Under the pieces are notes generated by a model. The model was not told where the DNA came from. It did no database searches and saw only the letters and a program-made list of their open reading frames with translations. Shown piece after piece: positions 46,501 to 50,975 of a stretch of DNA of 50,975 nucleotides; the first letter of the stretch is position 1, and each line of letters starts with the position of its first letter. The DNA is taken from the sequence record PZ871100.1, one strand, 5' to 3'. Both the position numbers and the translations under genes were made by a program. The DNA comes from a phage.

Positions 46501-46682
46501 TTTGGTTACTTGTATTTTTAGTGGTTTTCTTTTATATTTCAGGCTTATTCATCTTCCGAGCGCTGGTGAAAACATGCGATTGCACTGATAAAGATCAGCC
46601 TCTTGTTCTGATGTTCTGGTTTGTGTGGTTTTGGGTGGCGCTTTACCAGATTGTACGGGATGAAAGCGGCTTTAAGTGGTGA
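46497..46682 (+). CDS. small membrane protein (2 predicted TM)
   Basis: 61 aa; two hydrophobic helices; ATGA overlap. Confidence 0.4.
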   Translation: MIWLLVFLVVFFYISGLFIFRALVKTCDCTDKDQPLVLMFWFVWFWVALYQIVRDESGFKW

Positions 46683-46876
46683 TTCTTACTATAGCGCATT
46701 CACGCAGTGCGCTATGTTGAGATAACAACATGAGATCATGAAGATGCGAAACTTCGAAAAAATCGTATCCAAGAAGAAGCGATACAGCTACTACGAGCAC
46801 CAAGAGATGAATCAACGCTATCGCAAAAAGCGCCAGCGAAAAGGTAAAAATTCCAGTAAACATGGAGAAAATCAAT

Positions 46877-47467
46877 ATGAAACGCGACATTATCATTCTT
46901 AACGGACCGCCAGGAGTTGGCAAAGATACGCTTGCGGCATACTTAACTGGCCATCGTTACGCAGCCGTTAAAGCGTCGTTTAAGCAACCGATGTTTGATA
47001 TTGCATTCTCCATGCTTGGCGTTTACCTATATGACGAGTTCATTGATCTGTATAACGACCGCGAGCAGAAAGAAAAGCCTCAAGCAATCTTGCAAGGCAA
47101 GTCTCCGCGACAATTCATGATCTGGATTAGCGAAGAAGTCATGAAGCCAGCTTTTGGCGAGCAATATTTTGGGAATCGCATGGTTGAGCAAGTACACGAG
47201 ATGTACAGAGATTTAGCTGTTGTAATTAGTGATGGCGGATTCCCTGAAGAAATCAAACCGCTCGTTAAGGCAGGCCATGAAGTGCACATTTGCCGACTGC
47301 ATCGCGAAGGATTCACGTTTGATGGCGATTCGCGAAACTATATTGACCTGAACGGATACCATCACCGAGTCAAGCATTACGACTTCACAATGATTGATGG
47401 CGAGCCAGAAAAGACTGTTGACGAGATCATCAAAACGGTGCAGTGGAAACACACAAAGATTGAATAG
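46877..47467 (+). CDS. P-loop nucleotide kinase (dNMP kinase or polynucleotide kinase-like)
   Basis: ATG 46877 with GGAG RBS; Walker A NGPPGVGKDT. Confidence 0.55.
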   Translation: MKRDIIILNGPPGVGKDTLAAYLTGHRYAAVKASFKQPMFDIAFSMLGVYLYDEFIDLYNDREQKEKPQAILQGKSPRQFMIWISEEVMKPAFGEQYFGNRMVEQVHEMYRDLAVVISDGGFPEEIKPLVKAGHEVHICRLHREGFTFDGDSRNYIDLNGYHHRVKHYDFTMIDGEPEKTVDEIIKTVQWKHTKIE

Positions 47468-47507
47468 CACGAATTGCTAAAAGCGGGGCGCAATGCCTCG
47501 CTATAAT
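47464..47507 (+). promoter_or_regulatory. conserved-box promoter-like unit (variant ATAGCACGAATTGCTAAAAG)
   Basis: Box 47464-47483, TATAAT 47502-47507. Confidence 0.55.
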
Positions 47508-47537
47508 GCAAACACCAATCAACGAGAGGAAATCATC

Positions 47538-47939
47538 ATGGTAGAGTTAAACAACATCCGCATTGGAACAAAATTTCGCGTAACCTGGGCAGATAAATAT
47601 TGCGGAGTTAGCAAGGGCCAGGTTGTTACTGTGGATAGTATTTATCGCGGATGCAGCAAAGACTTTCGCCGCCCACGCATCACGAATGGCTATATCATTA
47701 CTCGCCGTTTTGGCTTTGATCATTATTGCGTAGTGGCGACTCAAGGAGTTTTGATTGAGCTTCAGCGAATCAGCGATCATCGCGGCTGTCATGTCAAAAC
47801 AACGAAGATACCATCTCAGCGATCGCGATACGATGCGCGCAGGATGCGCAGGCTTGCACGAAACGCGATCAAGTTCAAAAAGCATGGTGGTAACTTTTAC
47901 CGAATGTACAAAGGGATTGCGCGAAATGCTGGAAAATAA
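47538..47939 (+). CDS. hypothetical protein (basic C-terminus)
   Basis: ATG 47538 with GAGAGGAAA RBS after promoter unit; 133 aa. Confidence 0.4.
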   Translation: MVELNNIRIGTKFRVTWADKYCGVSKGQVVTVDSIYRGCSKDFRRPRITNGYIITRRFGFDHYCVVATQGVLIELQRISDHRGCHVKTTKIPSQRSRYDARRMRRLARNAIKFKKHGGNFYRMYKGIARNAGK

Positions 47940-48057
47940 CAACAACGCAACAAATCCAAAGCCGCCATTTGATTTTCATGAAATCATGATTGTGTTATTC
48001 TTGATTCTCTTAGTTGTTTATTCAGTGAGGGCCGCAATATGGTTTTTAATGCACTAA
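47926..48057 (+). CDS. small membrane peptide (43 aa)
   Basis: Not in ORF track at this start; hydrophobic helix IMIVLFLILLVVYSV. Confidence 0.25.
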   Translation: MLENNNNATNPKPPFDFHEIMIVLFLILLVVYSVRAAIWFLMH

Positions 48058-48302
48058 AACGAATCTTTAAACCTGAATACCGGATCGTTGCTTGCACAGA
48101 ATGCAAGATTTATTATCTGCAACGCCGCCGCGTTATTAGTGGGGATTGGGAATATCTGACTGATGATGCTTTCGGCTTTTGGGCTATGGAGTTCAATAGC
48201 TACAGCGAAGCGCGTGAATACGCTAAAAAGTTGCACAAGTTCAGACCTTACAAGCTGCGTTTGCTGGTTGTCAAAAAATGCGATGTGTGGGATCACGAAT
48301 GA
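48039..48302 (+). CDS. hypothetical protein
   Basis: 87-aa ORF. Confidence 0.35.
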   Translation: MVFNALKRIFKPEYRIVACTECKIYYLQRRRVISGDWEYLTDDAFGFWAMEFNSYSEAREYAKKLHKFRPYKLRLLVVKKCDVWDHE

Positions 48303-48478
48303 AAAGAGTAATTATCATTTTTATTGCCATTATCGCTGGTTGCTACCTGGCTTATAATTATAGCGGCATTGTTGAGTCAATCGGCGGATTGATTATCTTC
48401 ATGGCTGGCGGGTATGCTGGCTATTGTGATGGATTCGAAAACGGAAAGCGTTACATGCTGACCGGAAAAAAGAAGTAA
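48299..48478 (+). CDS. small membrane protein
   Basis: ATG 48299 in ATGA overlap; two hydrophobic segments. Confidence 0.35.
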   Translation: MKRVIIIFIAIIAGCYLAYNYSGIVESIGGLIIFMAGGYAGYCDGFENGKRYMLTGKKK

Positions 48479-48521
48479 TGTTAACCGCGCCGCTTCGGTG
48501 GCGCTAAAAGGAGGAAACAAA

Positions 48522-48809
48522 ATGGCTAAAAGCAATCGTAAAATGTTGATTAACGCATTCGAAAAGGCGGCGCTTGAGCGTGGTTGGAATGACTCATTTC
48601 ACACAGCAAACTGTATCCGCCATTACGGATTCAAGAATTGCCGATCCTGGGCGCGTGAAATGGCTTCATGGTATGATCTTGATGCGCATTACCTTGATAT
48701 GGATTGCGCCCTTGTTGAAATGATTGAGCAGGCCGCACTAGAGGATCGACCATTAACGCAATCTGATTTTGACGATTTTGTGCGCGATGAAATTTATTAT
48801 ATGAGCTAA
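48522..48809 (+). CDS. hypothetical protein
   Basis: ATG 48522 with AAGGAGG RBS; 95 aa; stop adjacent to promoter box. Confidence 0.4.
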   Translation: MAKSNRKMLINAFEKAALERGWNDSFHTANCIRHYGFKNCRSWAREMASWYDLDAHYLDMDCALVEMIEQAALEDRPLTQSDFDDFVRDEIYYMS

Positions 48810-48852
48810 TAGCACTTTTTGTTAAAACTTCCGCGAGGGCATTTGTTAAAGT
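48809..48852 (+). promoter_or_regulatory. conserved-box promoter-like unit
   Basis: Box 48809-48828, 18-nt spacer, weak hexamer TAAAGT 48847-48852, leader TTGAAGCGAAACAGAGGAAA. Confidence 0.45.
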
Positions 48853-48884
48853 GTCCTCATTGAAGCGAAACAGAGGAAATCAAA

Positions 48885-49097
48885 ATGAAAATTCGAATCA
48901 CCAAGGTTGACATTGACCGCAACGACGGAAGCATTACCCTTGAGCAATGCGGGTTTAAAGTTGGTGACATTGTAGATGTTGACGGATTCTTTCGCGATGG
49001 TTCTTACTGCGTGTTGGCAATCCGCAACACGGAAGAAATTCGAATCGGTGATAACATCGGCGTAAACCATGACGAATGCGAGGTAGTAGAAGAATGA
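48885..49097 (+). CDS. hypothetical protein
   Basis: 70 aa; AGAGGAAA RBS after promoter unit. Confidence 0.4.
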   Translation: MKIRITKVDIDRNDGSITLEQCGFKVGDIVDVDGFFRDGSYCVLAIRNTEEIRIGDNIGVNHDECEVVEE

Positions 49098-49402
49098 TCA
49101 CGATTAACCTTTCAGAAGAACAAGCAAAGAAACTCCTGCACGCTGTAGGTTCTCGTGCACTTTGCGGATCAACTGATGAAATGATTATTGATCATGAGGT
49201 TGCAAGAGAGCTTTTTACTCAGCTTGATCAAAAATTCTCACCACGTCCGACTGACGCGGCAGAAACTGCAAAATGGCTTGCTGAGAATGGATACACGGCT
49301 TTAAAAGTTCACAACTGGAAACGAAAGCGCAAAAAGACTATTGATCGTGTATCTGGTGTTGTTTCTCGCTGCATTATGGTTGATGTGGAGAAATTAAAAT
49401 GA
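49094..49402 (+). CDS. hypothetical protein
   Basis: ATG 49094 in ATGA overlap; 102 aa. Confidence 0.4.
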   Translation: MITINLSEEQAKKLLHAVGSRALCGSTDEMIIDHEVARELFTQLDQKFSPRPTDAAETAKWLAENGYTALKVHNWKRKRKKTIDRVSGVVSRCIMVDVEKLK

Positions 49403-49710
49403 TTTACATTCACACTTACGGGATCGGGAAGTTTGCCAACAAGCAGATCCGAAATATTCACGACACGCTCGACGATGCTAAAGCACAGCAACGCGTTTTG
49501 GGTGGTGTAATTCAGGCTTTTGAGCCTGTGGAAGATATTGAGCACCGCGAGCATTTAAAAGATGTTGTCATTGATGAGATCTCTTGCTTGATTGATGATA
49601 TGACAAATCACGGGCCTGGTTCTCCGTGGGAAGAAGCCGGATCGACGGAGTGGGATTGCGCTAAAGTTGCAACGCTTAACAAATTTCGTGAGTTGCTCGA
49701 CGATTTTTAA
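49399..49710 (+). CDS. hypothetical protein
   Basis: 103 aa; followed by terminator-like hairpin. Confidence 0.4.
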   Translation: MIYIHTYGIGKFANKQIRNIHDTLDDAKAQQRVLGGVIQAFEPVEDIEHREHLKDVVIDEISCLIDDMTNHGPGSPWEEAGSTEWDCAKVATLNKFRELLDDF

Positions 49711-49780
49711 TTAAAATTGAATGCCTCATACAGCGAACAGGACGCATTTTGACGAGGCATTTTTAAGGTAAGGTGATTCA

Positions 49781-49909
49781 ATGGATAACTACATAAAACC
49801 GTCGCAGTGGTGCTCACAGAAGCAAGAGGAAGCATTAGAACGCGGCGACACTGAAACGGCAATGCACTATTTCGAAATGTACAACTTGTGGAAGGGTAGA
49901 GGTCTGTAA
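49781..49909 (+). CDS. hypothetical small protein (42 aa)
   Basis: Not in ORF track; AAGGTGA RBS; TAATG overlap with next gene. Confidence 0.3.
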   Translation: MDNYIKPSQWCSQKQEEALERGDTETAMHYFEMYNLWKGRGL

Positions 49910-50139
49910 TGTTTGGAATGAACGAGGCACAATTCAACGCTGCAAAACGCCAGGCTAAGAAGTGCGGCGAGGCAATGAAGGCGGATGTTGAAAAGCGCGG
50001 GAAGTATGTTGATGAAGTTATGAAGGGCATTATTGCCGAACATTATCAGCCAGTTGCGCCAATGCTGACAATCACCCAATTCATCTGGTTGTGTGGTTAT
50101 CTTCGCGGGAGATGGGGAAGCGCATTTGACCGCGAATGA
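49909..50139 (+). CDS. hypothetical protein
   Basis: 76-aa ORF. Confidence 0.4.
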   Translation: MFGMNEAQFNAAKRQAKKCGEAMKADVEKRGKYVDEVMKGIIAEHYQPVAPMLTITQFIWLCGYLRGRWGSAFDRE

Positions 50140-50229
50140 TTGACAACGATTTCCTGATTGGATAGCATATCAATCGTTTACATAAGAGCGGCTAAGGCCG
50201 AACGGGTGGCGCGGTTGCCACGCAACAAC

Positions 50230-50271
50230 GGCGATATGCAGGTTTTTACCGTAAGACGTATCGCCTTTTTT
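50230..50271 (+). terminator. terminator-like hairpin
   Basis: GGCGATA...TATCGCC then TTTTTT. Confidence 0.5.
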
Positions 50272-50283
50272 ATAGGTGAATAT

Positions 50284-50517
50284 ATGGAAAAGTACAAATT
50301 AACTTTCATGTTTGATGGCATGGTGATGAATCCAATAAATGGTTACGCTTGCAATAGCTTTTCTGTTACCGTGAATGAGGATGGAATTGATGATGATGGT
50401 AAATTTATTCGAATAGGTGATTACATTTATCCTATTCACAATATCAATTGCATCAAGCGCGAGATTGTTAATGATGAAGTACAAAGTAAAGCTGACAATC
50501 AGACGAATTGGGCGTAA
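50284..50517 (+). CDS. hypothetical protein
   Basis: ATG 50284 with AGGTGA RBS just after terminator-like hairpin; 77 aa. Confidence 0.35.
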   Translation: MEKYKLTFMFDGMVMNPINGYACNSFSVTVNEDGIDDDGKFIRIGDYIYPIHNINCIKREIVNDEVQSKADNQTNWA

Positions 50518-50659
50518 TTGCTCTTCATGCAAACAAATTTTTGAATGTGAGGTTGAAGCGCGCGGAGAGCTTGAGGCAGCAGCAAGAGCAAAAGAGTTGT
50601 CCGGCGCTAATCAAGACACTCACCAGTTTTCAATAGATCTTGTAAGGAAAATATCATGA
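50471..50659 (+). CDS. hypothetical protein
   Basis: 62 aa; stop in ATGA overlap with next gene supports reality. Confidence 0.35.
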   Translation: MMKYKVKLTIRRIGRNCSSCKQIFECEVEARGELEAAARAKELSGANQDTHQFSIDLVRKIS

Positions 50660-50895
50660 GTTCTGTAATTATTGGTTTGGTTTCTTTAATCATTGGTGTT
50701 CTAATCGGCTTTGTTGCTGTATCTTTCGTGGTGGCTGTTGGCGTTCGCTATAAGTCAAAAAAGGGTGAATTTGCTTTAGCGTTTTGGGATGAAGAGCAGA
50801 AAGTTTGGCAGGTTCGCGGTCACTATTTATCAATCGGTGGCAGGATTCACAGCACTATGAAAACAAATCCAGAGAAAGTAAAATACAAGTATTGA
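50656..50895 (+). CDS. small membrane protein (N-terminal TM)
   Basis: 79 aa; N-terminal hydrophobic helix; followed by strong terminator. Confidence 0.45.
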   Translation: MSSVIIGLVSLIIGVLIGFVAVSFVVAVGVRYKSKKGEFALAFWDEEQKVWQVRGHYLSIGGRIHSTMKTNPEKVKYKY

Positions 50896-50902
50896 CCAAC
50901 TA

Positions 50903-50924
50903 CCCGCCAAATGGCGGGTTTTTT
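50903..50924 (+). terminator. rho-independent terminator at right end of window
   Basis: CCCGCC aaat GGCGGG then TTTTTT. Confidence 0.7.
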
Positions 50925-50975
50925 ATTGCCTGCAATTTGTCTATAATGATGCTTTGTTATAAAGGAGGGCGCATT

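Noticed and set aside
46738-46902. 54-aa highly basic ORF (Lys/Arg-rich) upstream of the kinase gene
   Set aside because: Overlaps the kinase start by 26 nt, has no clear RBS and low-complexity composition; could be real, but evidence is insufficient.
28997-48855. CRISPR array interpretation of the reiterated 20-nt box
   Set aside because: Copies are hundreds to thousands of bp apart with genes between them, occur on both strands, and each sits in a fixed promoter-like context; not a repeat-spacer array.
50158-50283. 5-prime extension of ORF 50158-50517
   Set aside because: Spans a promoter-like element and a strong terminator hairpin; the downstream ATG at 50284 has a proper RBS.
1-50975. 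tRNA genes, integrase or lysogeny module
   Set aside because: No T-loop-like GGTTCGAATCC-type signatures seen in intergenic regions and no recombinase-sized ORF with integrase motifs; the HTH protein at 28513-28986 alone is not evidence of lysogeny. A by-eye scan cannot fully exclude tRNAs.

Overview
The window looks like an essentially complete genome (~51 kb) of a virulent T1-like (Drexlerviridae-type) siphovirus, opened at the small-terminase start codon; the last bases carry an AAGGAGG ribosome-binding site that would serve the ATG at position 1 if the ends are joined. Layout: 1-20.4 kb (+) packaging, head and lambda-like tail genes (TerS/TerL, portal, scaffold, capsid, tape measure, gpM/L/K/I/J-like), including a -1 frameshift in the tail chaperone; 20.5 kb (-) Cor-like lipoprotein; 21.2-23.8 kb (+) exonuclease/ERF/SSB recombination module; 23.8-29.0 kb (-) tail fiber with S74 chaperone domain, glycine-rich and histidine-rich proteins, primase, HTH protein; 29.0-35.5 kb (+) helicase, VRR-NUC nuclease, Dam-like methyltransferase, HTH-metallophosphoesterase, holin/endolysin/u-spanin; 35.5-42.1 kb (-) and 42.8-50.9 kb (+) arrays of small ORFans plus a C5-methyltransferase-like protein, HAD phosphatase and P-loop kinase. 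No integrase, tRNA, CRISPR array or transposase was seen. The most striking signal is a promoter-like cassette repeated at least 17 times on both strands (20-nt box aATAGCACtttTTGttAAAAc, a 17-18 nt spacer that is often an inverted repeat, a TATAAT-like hexamer, and frequently a CATCGAAACGA leader), with the upstream gene's stop codon often inside the box. Second is a pair of diverged GT-rich noncoding elements sharing a 16-mer at the two divergent strand-switch regions (about 20.9 and 42.4 kb). All protein calls rest on motifs read by eye from the translations; no database search was run.
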